The translations under genes and the position numbers were made by a program. Below, in pieces: positions 1-9,356 of a stretch of DNA of 64,000 nt (positions are counted from its first letter, which is position 1; each line of letters starts with the position of its first letter). The notes beneath the pieces are model-generated. The model made no database searches. It saw only the letters and a program-made list of their open reading frames with translations, and had not been told where the DNA came from. Source of the DNA: an uncultured Actinomycetes bacterium (GTDB lineage: Bacteria; Actinomycetota; Thermoleophilia; Gaiellales; Gaiellaceae); NCBI GenBank assembly GCA_963744355.1, contig CAVUTE010000004.1:641565-705564 (forward strand), read 5' to 3'.

Positions 1-600
1 GCGGAACGACGAGCGGCCGCGCGTGGAGCGAGTGCGGAGCGATGAACGTGATCGCCATCGCGTCGACGCCGCGAACGAGGACCGGACCGCCGTTGGAGAG
101 GTTGTACGCGGTCGAGCCCGACGGCGTGGAGCAGATCATCCCGTCGCAAGGGATCGTTCCGAGATCCTCGCCGCCGACGGAATACGTCAGCTCGATCATG
201 CGGCCGAGCGTCGCGCTCGTCGCCACGACGTCGTTGACCGCGACGAACTGCTCGCCGTCGAGCTTCACCTCGAGCGTCGGCAGCTCGAGGACGCGGTACT
301 CGCCGGCGAAGACGCGCGCGAGATCGCGTTCCAGCGCCTCCGGCGCGATCGAGGCGAGGAAGCCCACGCGGCCGAAGTTGACGCCGATCACCGGCACGTC
401 GGTGCCGAGCAGGCGCGCGAGCGTACGCAGGATCGTCCCGTCGCCTCCGACGGCCACGGTCAAATCGGCGTCCGTCGGGTCGTCGGCGACAGTCACGCCT
501 GCCTCTGCAGCGACCCTGCCCACCCGTTCGACGGCGGGGCCGACGTCGATGCGGCCGTGCGCGACGACGGCGACGGTCTCAGGCTTGGACGGCTGCGGCA
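1..600 (-). CDS. nadK: NAD kinase, C-terminus cut by window edge
   Basis: Not in the ORF track because it runs off the edge. My minus-strand translation reads MSELPQPSKPETVAVVAHG...ADLTVAVGGDGTILRTLARLLGTDVPVIGVNFGRVGF with the GGDGT motif. ATG at 598-600. Lies downstream of tlyA as in many Gram-positives. Confidence 0.85.
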
Positions 601-1346
601 ATTCGCTCATCGAGGTCATCGGGAAGCGTCGGGAGGTTCGCCTGCGCGAGGTGGAGGAAGAGCTCCCGGTTGCCCTTCGGGCCGGGGAGCCCGGAGTCTA
701 CGATCGCGATCGTACGCGCATTCCAGCCGAGCGCCGCCTCCGCCACCTCGCGGACGACCCGCGCGCGCACGGTGTCGTCGCGCACGACCCCGCCCTTGCC
801 CACGTCGGCGCGGCCTGCCTCGAACTGCGGCTTCACGAGCACGACGGCCTGCCAGCCGGGCGCTGCGAGGCGCAACACGGCCGGCAATGCCACGCGGACG
901 GAGATGAACGAGACGTCGCAGACGACGAGCTGCGGCGCGAACGGCAGCTCGGTGACGGCACGAGCGTTGGTCCGCTCGAGCACCGTGACGCGGTCGTCGT
1001 CGCGCAGCCGCTGGTGGAGCTGGCCGTAGCCGACGTCCAGAGCGATCACGCGCGCCGCGCCGCGCTGCAGGAGCACGTCGGTGAAGCCGCCCGTCGATGC
1101 GCCTACGTCGACGCAGTCGAGGCCCGCCGGATCGATCCCGAAGGCGTCGAGCGCATGCGCGAGCTTCTCGCCGCCGCGCGAGACGAACGGCGGCCGGGCC
1201 TTCAGTTCGAGGTCGGCGTCCTCGTCCACCTGCTCGCCCGGCTTGTCGTGACCAGAGACGAGGCCGGCGAGGACGAAGGCCTGCGCCTGGGTGCGCGATT
1301 CGGCCAGGCCACGCTCGACGAGCAGGACATCGACGCGCTTTCTCAT
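579..1346 (-). CDS. tlyA: TlyA-family rRNA 2-prime-O-methyltransferase (hemolysin A family)
   Basis: 255-aa ORF with an S4-like N-terminus (VDVLLVERGLAESRTQAQ) and the FtsJ-type SAM motif VDVGASTGGFTD. ATG at 1346. Confidence 0.9.
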   Translation of the reverse strand: MRKRVDVLLVERGLAESRTQAQAFVLAGLVSGHDKPGEQVDEDADLELKARPPFVSRGGEKLAHALDAFGIDPAGLDCVDVGASTGGFTDVLLQRGAARVIALDVGYGQLHQRLRDDDRVTVLERTNARAVTELPFAPQLVVCDVSFISVRVALPAVLRLAAPGWQAVVLVKPQFEAGRADVGKGGVVRDDTVRARVVREVAEAALGWNARTIAIVDSGLPGPKGNRELFLHLAQANLPTLPDDLDERIAAAVQA

Positions 1347-1352
1347 GCTCTG

Positions 1353-1358
1353 AGGGTA
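1353..1358 (-). promoter_or_regulatory. -10-like hexamer TACCCT, 6 nt upstream of the tlyA ATG (candidate leaderless promoter)
   Basis: Minus strand reads TACCCT-cagagc-ATG. Fits TANNNT with the spacing expected if transcription starts at the start codon. Confidence 0.35.
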
Positions 1359-1372
1359 GACCTAGGCCGTAC

Positions 1373-2149
1373 ATGGACGGCTACTTCTCCGACGACAGCG
1401 CCATTCGCCGCATCGGGCGCGAGTCGGTCCTCATGCTCGGCGGCCCCCGGGCGCTGCTCATGCAGGCCGCGCATCCGCTCGTCGCCGCGGGGATCGTCGA
1501 TCACTCGCGGTACGCCCAGGAGCCTTGGCGCCGGTTGGCGCGGACGATGGCGGCGCTCTACACGATCGTGTTCGGGACGCAAGCCGAGGGCGATCGCATG
1601 GGCGAGATCACGCGGGCCGCGCACCGGCGTGTGCGCGGTGTCAGGGACGGGCGCACGTACTCCGCCGCCGATCCGGATCTGATGCTGTGGGTCCACTCGA
1701 CGCTCGTCGATACCGGGCTCGCGCTGTACGAGCTCTACGTCCGGCGACTCGAACCGACGGAGGCGGACGAGTTCTACGAGCAGATGCAGATGGTCGCGCA
1801 CGTCTTCGGCGTTCCGGACGACGTGCACCCGCCCACGCTCACCGCCTTTCGTTCGTACCAGCGCGACCTCATCGCCGGCGGAACGGTTCGCGTCGGCGAC
1901 GACGCTCGTGCCGTCGCCGCGACGGTACTCTCGCCGCCCGTGCCGTTGCCGCTCCGCCCTGCACTGCGCCTGCTCGCCGCACAGACGGCCGGCCTCCTGC
2001 CGGCGGAGCTGCGCGAGCAGTACGGCATTCGGCGGCCGCTCCCTGGGGCCGCCCGATCGATGCGCAAGCTCGTCCCGCTGCTGCCGGCGCAGCTCCGCCG
2101 GACGGAACGCTTGCCACTGCGTGTTCTCACGGCCTTCGCCGGCCTGTGA
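1373..2149 (+). CDS. MpaB/DUF2236-family oxygenase-like protein
   Basis: ORF 1097..2149 trimmed to ATG 1373 (MDGYFSDD). RESVLMLGGPRALLMQAAHPLVAAG and DPDLMLWVHSTL resemble DUF2236 signatures. The upstream part of the ORF is Arg-rich junk overlapping tlyA. Confidence 0.75.
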   Translation: MDGYFSDDSAIRRIGRESVLMLGGPRALLMQAAHPLVAAGIVDHSRYAQEPWRRLARTMAALYTIVFGTQAEGDRMGEITRAAHRRVRGVRDGRTYSAADPDLMLWVHSTLVDTGLALYELYVRRLEPTEADEFYEQMQMVAHVFGVPDDVHPPTLTAFRSYQRDLIAGGTVRVGDDARAVAATVLSPPVPLPLRPALRLLAAQTAGLLPAELREQYGIRRPLPGAARSMRKLVPLLPAQLRRTERLPLRVLTAFAGL

Positions 2150-2163
2150 GAAGCGAGCGGCGC

Positions 2164-2910
2164 ATGACGTTCGACCGGGCCGCGGAGCTGTACGAGCGCG
2201 CGCGGCCGGACTTTCCCGACGAGCTCGTCGACGACGTCGTCGCGCTCGCCGAGTTGGGACCACGCTCGCGCGTGGTCGAGATTGGGTGCGGAACCGGAAA
2301 GGCGACGCTCCCGCTTGCGGGGCGCGGACTTCAGATCACTTGTGTCGAGCCGGGCGCGTCGCTCGCGGCGATCGCGCTGCGAAAGCTCGCACCCTTCCCC
2401 GGCGTCGAGATCGTCAACGCCGACTTCGAGACGTGGCGCCCCGACCGAGCGGGCTACGACGCCGTCGTCGCCTTCACCGCGTTCCACTGGATCCCGCGCG
2501 AGCTCCGGTACCCGAGCGTCGCCGCGGTCCTGCGTGAAGGCGGTGCACTCGCTGTCGCGATGGTCCACCACGTCGTAACCGAGGACTCGGATCCGTTCTT
2601 CTTCGAGGTGCAGGCCGACTACGAGGCGGTCGGCAAGGGCGGCGAGCCGCCAGGCCTAGACGACGTCGAGGACTTCGGCGCCGAGATGAAGGCGAGCGGC
2701 CTCTTCCGCGTCGTCGCCGAGCGCCGATATCCGTGGGACGTGGAGTACACGGCCGACGCGTACGTCGACGTGCTGGGCACGTACTCGGACCACCTCATGC
2801 AGGAGAAGGAGACGCGCAAACGGCTCTTCGACCTCATCCGCGCGCGGATCGGCGACCGCACCGTACGCAAGTCGTACCTCGCGACGCTCGACGTCGCCGT
2901 ACGGATCTAG
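2164..2910 (+). CDS. class I SAM-dependent methyltransferase
   Basis: ORF 1525..2910 trimmed to ATG 2164 (MTFDRAAELYE). Motif I is VVEIGCGTGKATLPLAGRG. Confidence 0.8.
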   Translation: MTFDRAAELYERARPDFPDELVDDVVALAELGPRSRVVEIGCGTGKATLPLAGRGLQITCVEPGASLAAIALRKLAPFPGVEIVNADFETWRPDRAGYDAVVAFTAFHWIPRELRYPSVAAVLREGGALAVAMVHHVVTEDSDPFFFEVQADYEAVGKGGEPPGLDDVEDFGAEMKASGLFRVVAERRYPWDVEYTADAYVDVLGTYSDHLMQEKETRKRLFDLIRARIGDRTVRKSYLATLDVAVRI

Positions 2911-2911
2911 G

Positions 2912-3688
2912 TCACGCGGTACGAACGGCGAGGCCGTCGACGATCTCGCGCAGCACACTCGTGTCGGCGTCCACCTCGCCGAGCCGTGCGCGTGCGTTGT
3001 CGGCCGCGTCGTCCGCGAGACGCCGCGCGCCCTCCGGTCCATGCAGTGCGACGTATCCGTCGCCGTCGAGGATGTCGTCGACGATCTGGAAGAGCAGGCC
3101 GAGCTCGTCCGCAAACGAGCGCCACGGCGCCTGCCGTTCCTCCGGCAGCTCCGCCGCCCACAGCGCCATCGCCACCGACGCGAAGAAGAGGCACCCCGTC
3201 TTCAAGCGGTGGACGACCGCGAGATCGGCGTCGGGAACCATCGTGTCGAGGTACTGGCCGCCGATCATCCCGAGCGTCGACTGCGAGAGCTCCCGCGCGA
3301 CGTCTGCCGACGGATACCGGCACGCGAGCCTGAACGCCTCGGCAAGCAGCGCGTCGCCGGCGAGGACCGCCGTCCCCTCGCCGTACACCGCCCACACGCT
3401 CGGCTTCCCACGCCGTTCGTCGTCGTCGTCGAGCGCAGGCAGGTCGTCGTGGATCAACGAAAAGTTGTGCACGAGCTCGATCGCGAGCGCCGCCGGCATC
3501 ACTTGGTCGATCGGGGCGCCGAGCGCCTCGCCGACCGCGAGCGAGATCACGGGCCGCACACGCTTGCCGCCCATCGCGACGAGGCCGTAATGCGCCGACT
3601 CGGCCTGTCCGTGCAGCTCGGGCCACAACTTCAGACGGTCGAGCTCGTCCTCGACGAGCGCGCGCAGCTCGTCAGGACTGTGCGGCAT
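2912..3688 (-). CDS. ispA: polyprenyl (farnesyl/geranylgeranyl) diphosphate synthase
   Basis: First Asp-rich motif LIHDDLPALDDDDERRG and second motif FQIVDDILD. Trimmed to ATG 3688 (MPHSPDEL). Follows xseB as in the E. coli/Bacillus xseB-ispA arrangement. Confidence 0.85.
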   Translation of the reverse strand: MPHSPDELRALVEDELDRLKLWPELHGQAESAHYGLVAMGGKRVRPVISLAVGEALGAPIDQVMPAALAIELVHNFSLIHDDLPALDDDDERRGKPSVWAVYGEGTAVLAGDALLAEAFRLACRYPSADVARELSQSTLGMIGGQYLDTMVPDADLAVVHRLKTGCLFFASVAMALWAAELPEERQAPWRSFADELGLLFQIVDDILDGDGYVALHGPEGARRLADDAADNARARLGEVDADTSVLREIVDGLAVRTA

Positions 3689-3881
3689 CGCTCTCCGCCT
3701 CGCGCTTCGCCCGCTCCAGCTCCTCCTCGACCGCTTTCGCCAGCTCGGACAGCTCGCTGAGGATCTCGAGCGCACGCTCCGGCGACGCGTTCTCGTCGCT
3801 CCCGAGCCGCTCGAGCTCGTCGCGCGCGGCCTCGAGCCGCGCCAGCAGTTCTTCCGCCCTTGTGAGTGATTCGTCCGTCAT
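3672..3881 (-). CDS. xseB: exodeoxyribonuclease VII small subunit
   Basis: 69-aa acidic helical protein (MTDESLTRAEELLARLEAARDELERL...) between nusB and ispA. ATG 3881 overlaps the nusB stop (ATGA). No xseA is present in the window. Confidence 0.6.
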   Translation of the reverse strand: MTDESLTRAEELLARLEAARDELERLGSDENASPERALEILSELSELAKAVEEELERAKREAESDAAQS

Positions 3882-4255
3882 GCCGCCTTCTCTCTCACGA
3901 TCCTGCCAAGAATGCCGTTCACGAGTCTCCCAGCATCGTCGGATGCGTACCGCTTCGCGAGCGTGATCGCCTCGTCGAGCACGACCTCGTCGGGAACGTC
4001 GCCCGCGTCGAGCTCCTCGAGGGCGACGCGCAGGACGTTCCGCTCGACCGCGCCGAGCCGGTCGGCAGTCCACTCGTCCGACGCGGCCGTGATGCGCGCG
4101 TCCAGCTCCGGCGCGTGGGCAGCCACCGCCTCGGTCACCTGACGCGTGTACTCGTCCATCTCCCCCTCGAACAGGGAGCCGAGTGGCGTGCCGGTGACGT
4201 CCCACTGATAGAGCAGGAAGACGGCGGCGCGGCGAGCCTCGCGGCGCGAGGTCAC
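3878..4255 (-). CDS. nusB: transcription antitermination factor NusB
   Basis: RREARRAAVFLLYQWDVTG...LRVALEEL...AITLAKRY...RLVNGILGRI. GTG 4255 overlaps the asp23-like stop (GTGA). Confidence 0.85.
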   Translation of the reverse strand: MTSRREARRAAVFLLYQWDVTGTPLGSLFEGEMDEYTRQVTEAVAAHAPELDARITAASDEWTADRLGAVERNVLRVALEELDAGDVPDEVVLDEAITLAKRYASDDAGRLVNGILGRIVREKAA

Positions 4256-4539
4256 TCGAGCTCCTCCACGGCGACGTCGACCGCATCCACCGTTAAGTCG
4301 CACATCCGGCCGAGCGCGTCCGCGACTTCCCGCTGCACGTCACGCGCCACCTCCGGCAGCGCCATGCCGTACTCCACCGCCAGCTCGAGGTCCACGCGCA
4401 CATGTCCCTGGTCGACCACGATCGCGATCTTCCGCCGCGGCCGTCGCACACGCGCTCCCTCGACGCCTTCGACGGCACGGACGACGATCTGCGTCAGGGC
4501 GCCGTCGGTCACTTTCACATCGGGAGCGAGCGTCTTCAC
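4252..4539 (-). CDS. Asp23/Gls24-family (alkaline shock) protein
   Basis: C-terminal 95 aa of ORF 4252..5220 (VKTLAPDVKVTDGALTQIVVRAVEGVEG...VDLELAVEYGMALPEVARDVQREV). GTG 4539 overlaps the accC stop. Same position as Bacillus yqhY. Confidence 0.75.
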   Translation of the reverse strand: MKTLAPDVKVTDGALTQIVVRAVEGVEGARVRRPRRKIAIVVDQGHVRVDLELAVEYGMALPEVARDVQREVADALGRMCDLTVDAVDVAVEELE

Positions 4540-5885
4540 GCACTCACCGTCGCAAGCTGCACCTCGTCGAGGAACGACGTCGAGTAGTCGCCGCTCTGGA
4601 ACTCCTCGCTGCCGAGAATCTCGTACAAGACATCCCGCGTGGTCGGCACACCCTCGATCTCGAGCTCCTCGAGCGCCCGGCGCGCCCGCGCGATCGCGAG
4701 CTCGCGGGTGTTGTCGAGGACGATGACCTTCGCGATCAGCGAGTCGTAGTACGGCGGGATGGTCGAGCCCTCTTCGACGAACGTGTCGACGCGAACCCCG
4801 GGGCCGAGCGGCGGCCGGAAGCGCACGAGGGTGCCGGGCGACGGGCGAAAGTCGTGGCGCGGATCCTCGGCGTTGATGCGCATCTCGATTGCGTGCCTGC
4901 CTCGGGACGCGCGTCCGCCGTGCTCGAGCGCCATGCCTGCGGCGATCCGAACCTGTTGCCGGACGATGTCCATGCCCGTGACCAGCTCCGTCACCGGATG
5001 CTCGACCTGAAGCCGCGCGTTCAGCTCGATGAACGAGAACGCGCCGTCGGCCCCGACGAGAAACTCGAACGTCCCCGCGTTCCGGTATCCGATGTGCCGG
5101 CAGGCGCGCTCGGCGGCGGCCTCCATCTCCTCGCGCAGCTCCGGGCTGAGCGCGGGCGACGGCGACTCCTCGATCAACTTCTGATGCCGGCGCTGGATCG
5201 AGCACTCGCGCTCGCCGCACGTGAGCACGGTGCCGTGGTTGTCGCAGAGGACCTGAATCTCGACGTGACGCGCAGGCGTGATCGCCTTCTCGACGTACAG
5301 CGTCCCGTCGCCGAACGCGGCGTGTGCCTCACTGGCCGCGCGCTGGAACGCGTCGTGCAGCTCGTCCGGCTGGGTCACGAGCCGCATCCCCTTGCCGCCG
5401 CCGCCGGCCGCGGCCTTGAGGAGGACGGGGAAGCCGAGCATGTCGGCGGCCGCCTGCGCCTCCTCCGGCCCGGTCGCGCCTTCGGTACCGGGAACGAGCG
5501 GCACACCGGCTGCGCGCATCTCCTGCTTCGCGAGCGCCTTGTCGCTCATCCGCGCCATGACGTCCGCCGGCGGGCCGATGAAGACGAGGTCGTTGTCCTC
5601 GCACATCCGGACGAACTCGTCGTTCTCCGCCAGGAAGCCGTACCCGGGATGCACGGCCTCGCAGCCGGTCGTCATCGCCGCGGCGATGACGGACGGGATG
5701 TTGAGGTAGCTCTCCGCCGCCGATGGAGGGCCGATGCGGACGGAGCGGTCGGCGAGTCGCACGTGCATCGCGTCCTCGTCGGCGGTCGAGTAGACCGTCA
5801 CCGCTTCAACGCCGAGCTCGTGCAGCGCGCGAATGACACGCACAGCGATCTCTCCACGATTGGCTACGAGGACGCGGGTGAACAC
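4536..5885 (-). CDS. accC: biotin carboxylase
   Basis: 449 aa. MFTRVLVANRGEIAVRVIRA..., HPGYGFLAEN, ATP-grasp loop KAAAGGGGKGMRLV. Confidence 0.95.
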   Translation of the reverse strand: MFTRVLVANRGEIAVRVIRALHELGVEAVTVYSTADEDAMHVRLADRSVRIGPPSAAESYLNIPSVIAAAMTTGCEAVHPGYGFLAENDEFVRMCEDNDLVFIGPPADVMARMSDKALAKQEMRAAGVPLVPGTEGATGPEEAQAAADMLGFPVLLKAAAGGGGKGMRLVTQPDELHDAFQRAASEAHAAFGDGTLYVEKAITPARHVEIQVLCDNHGTVLTCGERECSIQRRHQKLIEESPSPALSPELREEMEAAAERACRHIGYRNAGTFEFLVGADGAFSFIELNARLQVEHPVTELVTGMDIVRQQVRIAAGMALEHGGRASRGRHAIEMRINAEDPRHDFRPSPGTLVRFRPPLGPGVRVDTFVEEGSTIPPYYDSLIAKVIVLDNTRELAIARARRALEELEIEGVPTTRDVLYEILGSEEFQSGDYSTSFLDEVQLATVSA

Positions 5886-5905
5886 GCGGAGAGTCTACGG
5901 TCCGA

Positions 5906-7705
5906 CTAGACGGCGTCCACGGGCCGGCCGGCGAGCGGTTCGAGCTCGAAGAGCACCTGACCGAACTCGACCGGCTGGGCGTTCTCGACGCCGATCGAAC
6001 GCACGACGCCCTCGAGGTCGGCCTTCACTTCGTTCATGAGCTTCATCGCCTCGAGGATGCAGAGCGTCTGTCCGGGCGCGACGATGTCGCCGATCTCGAC
6101 GAACGGCGGTGAGCCCGGCTGCGCGGCACGGTAGAAGGTGCCGACCATCGGCGACTCGACGCGGTGGTAGCCGTTCGACGGGCGCGCTGTCGGCGTTGAA
6201 GGAACGTCCGGTAGCGCGAGCGGAGCGTCCGACGTCGGTGCAGGCTCGGGAGTCGAGCGCACCGACACGCGCATGCCCTCTTCTTCGATCGTAATCTCGC
6301 CGATGCCGGTCTCCTGCACGATGCGGACGACCTCGCGGATGCGCTCCGCGCGCACCTTGTCCACCGAGTCGAGCTCGTCGCCCTCCCCGCTTGCACGTCC
6401 GCGGATCCCGAGCAGCAGCCGCTCGGCGTCCTCGCCGAACAGCCCGAGCAGCAGGAGCTCCTCCTCGCTCGCGGCCATGCCTTCCGCGTTCTCGCGCACC
6501 TCGCTCAGACCGGGAGCGACGTCCTCTTCGCTCTCGGGGTCGTTCGTGAGCTCGACCGCGCGCACGAGGGCCGGGTCGATCGGGCCGGGCGGGACGCCGA
6601 AGCGGCCGGAGACGAGCGCGCGCAGCTCGTCGACGATGGTGAGGTAGCGGCTCGCGGCGAGCACGTTCAGCAAGGCTTGCGAGGCGAGCACGCCGCCGAT
6701 CGGCGCCGCGAGCGGAGGCCAGCCGACCTCGGCGCGGATGTGGTCGAGTTCCTCGAGCACCTCTTCGAGCCGGTCGCCGGCACCCTGTGCGCGCAACGTC
6801 GCGTCGAGGCCGGCGACGAGCCCGGCGGGAACGTCGTGCTGCGCGGCACGGACTGCAACGCGCGGCGCGAGCGGCGCCACCGGCTCGTCGCCGATGTGCT
6901 CGTCGACGAGATCCGATGCTTCCCAAAGGCGGGCGACGTCGATGCCGGGATCGAGCCCCATGCCGGCGAGCGCCTCCGAGAGCGCCTCCCCGGAGACGCG
7001 GTGCAGCGAGAGCGCGAGCGGATAGATCGCGCACGCGATCAGCTGCGCACCGGCCTCAGCCGCCTTGAGCGTCGCGGCGAGCGCGCTGCCGCCGGCGCCC
7101 TGGACGTAGATGCCGACGGGTAGGCCGCTTGCTTCCGCGAGCGCGTGCACGAGATCCTCGGCCTTGTGCGGCTGGAGCGAGCCGGTCGGGTCGTGCAGCA
7201 GCACGCGCACAGCCCCGAGCTCCGGCAGCGCCTTCGCGCGCTCGATGAGGATGTCGATCTCGCCGGTCGGGCCGGGGCTGTAGACGAGGCCGGCTTCGAA
7301 GTCGCGGTCGGCGGCCGCGATCGCCTCGGCCGCCTCGCGCAGGTTGGAGACGTCATTGAGCGGATCGTGCAGCCGGAAGACGTCGATGCCGTTGGCGGCC
7401 GCGGAGGCGACGAAGCGGCGGGCGAAGTCGGCGTCCACGGGGCGCGAGCCGACGAGGAACCGGCCGCGTAGCGCGAGCCCGAGCGGCGTCTTGACGCGCG
7501 CCTTCAGCGCGCGGATGCGTTCCCAGGGACTCTCGATCCCGCGCTTGACGGCCGCGTCGAAGCAGCCGCCGCCAGAGACCTCGAGGTACGCGAAACCTGC
7601 CTTGTCGAGGATCTCGGCCAGCCGGAGCTGGTCGGCGACGGGCATCCGGCCGGCGAGCGGCTCCTGTCCGAGCAGGCGAATCGTCGTGTCGGCGAGGGTC
7701 GGCAC
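5906..7705 (-). CDS. carboxyltransferase-like TIM-barrel domain (PYC/OadA/5S type, catalytic positions substituted) fused to an AccB-type biotin carboxyl carrier domain
   Basis: 599 aa. The N-terminus aligns by eye to 5S/OadA (LEVSGGG, PWERIRAL, GIDVFRLHDPLND). The C-terminus has SPMVGTFY...CILEAMKLMNEV (biotinyl-Lys motif). Occupies the accB slot between efp and accC. GTG start at 7705. Confidence 0.8.
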   Translation of the reverse strand: MPTLADTTIRLLGQEPLAGRMPVADQLRLAEILDKAGFAYLEVSGGGCFDAAVKRGIESPWERIRALKARVKTPLGLALRGRFLVGSRPVDADFARRFVASAAANGIDVFRLHDPLNDVSNLREAAEAIAAADRDFEAGLVYSPGPTGEIDILIERAKALPELGAVRVLLHDPTGSLQPHKAEDLVHALAEASGLPVGIYVQGAGGSALAATLKAAEAGAQLIACAIYPLALSLHRVSGEALSEALAGMGLDPGIDVARLWEASDLVDEHIGDEPVAPLAPRVAVRAAQHDVPAGLVAGLDATLRAQGAGDRLEEVLEELDHIRAEVGWPPLAAPIGGVLASQALLNVLAASRYLTIVDELRALVSGRFGVPPGPIDPALVRAVELTNDPESEEDVAPGLSEVRENAEGMAASEEELLLLGLFGEDAERLLLGIRGRASGEGDELDSVDKVRAERIREVVRIVQETGIGEITIEEEGMRVSVRSTPEPAPTSDAPLALPDVPSTPTARPSNGYHRVESPMVGTFYRAAQPGSPPFVEIGDIVAPGQTLCILEAMKLMNEVKADLEGVVRSIGVENAQPVEFGQVLFELEPLAGRPVDAV

Positions 7706-7736
7706 GTCGGGGACCTTATCGCGGGTTCGGAGGTGC

Positions 7737-8303
7737 CTACGCCCGGCTGATGTAGCGGCGCTCGTGCGGATCGACCTTGAGGCGGTCGCCGACGTTCACG
7801 AACAGCGGCACCTGGACGACGGCGCCGGTCTCGAGCGTCGCCGGCTTCGTCACGTTCGAGACGGTGTCGCCCTTCACGCCGGGCTCGGTCTCGACGACTG
7901 AGAGCTCGACGGACATGGGGAGCTGCACGGTCGAGGGCTTCCCGTCCACGACGAGCACCTGCACGGTCGCGTTCGGCTGCATGAACGGAAGCGCGTCCTC
8001 GAGATCGGCGTGCGGAACGGAAAACTGCTCGAAGCTCTCGCTGTCCATGAAGTGGACGTCGCCACCGTCGTCGTACAGGTACTGCACGTTCTTCGTCTCC
8101 GTGTGCACCCGCGAGAACTTCTCGCCGGCGCGGAACGTGCGGTCGACGACGGCGCCGGAATCGAGCGCCTTCAGCTTCGTGCGGACGAACGCGCCGCCCT
8201 TGCCCGGCTTCACGTGCTGGAACTCGACGATGCGCCATGGCGCGCCATCCAGCTCGATGTGCATGCCGTTCTTGAATTGGTTCGTGTTGACCGTGTCTGC
8301 CAC
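7737..8303 (-). CDS. efp: elongation factor P
   Basis: 188 aa. FKNGMHIELDGAPWRIVEFQHVKPGKGGAFVRTKLK. Confidence 0.95.
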   Translation of the reverse strand: MADTVNTNQFKNGMHIELDGAPWRIVEFQHVKPGKGGAFVRTKLKALDSGAVVDRTFRAGEKFSRVHTETKNVQYLYDDGGDVHFMDSESFEQFSVPHADLEDALPFMQPNATVQVLVVDGKPSTVQLPMSVELSVVETEPGVKGDTVSNVTKPATLETGAVVQVPLFVNVGDRLKVDPHERRYISRA

Positions 8304-8324
8304 GGCGCCGGATGGTAGCTACGC

Positions 8325-9356
8325 CTATCCGACTTCGACGAGATCCTTCCGGAACGCGGTCAGGTTCTCGATGCCCTTCTCGGTGACGACGACGTCGTCC
8401 TCGATTCGGATGCCGAACCGCCCGGCGAGATACACCCCGGGCTCGACGGTGACGACGTTTCCGACCTCGAGCACGTCGGTGGACTCCGTCGACAAGCGGG
8501 GATCTTCGTGCACGTCGAGGCCGAGGCCGTGACCGAGGCCGTGGCCCATCGCGCCGCTAAACGGGCTCGCGTCGATGATGTCTCGGGCCAGCGCGTCCGC
8601 TTCCACGCCCGTGACGCCGGCACGGATGCCGCCGAGCGCAGCATCCTGTGCGAGCTGCACGACCTCGTATGCCTCGCGCAGTTCCTCGTCGAGCGGGCCG
8701 GTCGCGAACGTGCGCGTGTAGTCGGACGTGTACCCGCCGATCGAGCCGCCTGCGTCGACGACGACAAGCTCTTGCTTCCCGATTTTCCGGTCACCTGCGC
8801 GACCGTGTGGCTGCGACCCCGTCGGCCCCGAGCCGACGATGAACTCGGGCCACACCGCCTCGGCGCCTTCCTCGTGGAAGATCTGGACGAGATCCCAGGC
8901 GACGTCGCGCTCGCGACGGCCGATGAACGGGACGTCGAGTAGCCGCTCGAACGCCCGGTCCGTGATCTTGCACGCGCGCCGCAGGGCGTCGAGCTCGGTC
9001 CCGTCCTTCACTGCGCGCAGCGCCTCGACGACGCCGCTGCGCGGCACGAGGTCGATGCCGCCCGCAGCCAGCGTCTGGTACTGCGCGTACGGCAGGACCG
9101 TCTCGAAACCGAGTGTCCCCGCGAGCGTCTCCGCAAGCTCGGCGACGAGCGACCGCTTCGTCTGCACGACCTCGACGTCCGCGACCGCGCGCGCCGCGTC
9201 GATGTAGCGGAAGTCGGTGAACAGTCGGACGCGATCCTGCTCCACGAGCAGCGCCGCATTCGAACTGTCGAAGCCGCAGAGGTAGCGAATGTTGACGAGG
9301 TTGGTGACGAGCAGCGGCTCCTCCAGAAGCTGCCGCAGGCGGGCGATGCGGTTCAC
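8325..9356 (-). CDS. M24-family Xaa-Pro aminopeptidase/dipeptidase
   Basis: ORF 8325..9608 trimmed to GTG 9356 (VNRIARLRQLL), which overlaps the aroQ stop. Metal-site motif HGLGHGLGLDVHE. Same position as Bacillus yqhT. Confidence 0.85.
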   Translation of the reverse strand: MNRIARLRQLLEEPLLVTNLVNIRYLCGFDSSNAALLVEQDRVRLFTDFRYIDAARAVADVEVVQTKRSLVAELAETLAGTLGFETVLPYAQYQTLAAGGIDLVPRSGVVEALRAVKDGTELDALRRACKITDRAFERLLDVPFIGRRERDVAWDLVQIFHEEGAEAVWPEFIVGSGPTGSQPHGRAGDRKIGKQELVVVDAGGSIGGYTSDYTRTFATGPLDEELREAYEVVQLAQDAALGGIRAGVTGVEADALARDIIDASPFSGAMGHGLGHGLGLDVHEDPRLSTESTDVLEVGNVVTVEPGVYLAGRFGIRIEDDVVVTEKGIENLTAFRKDLVEVG

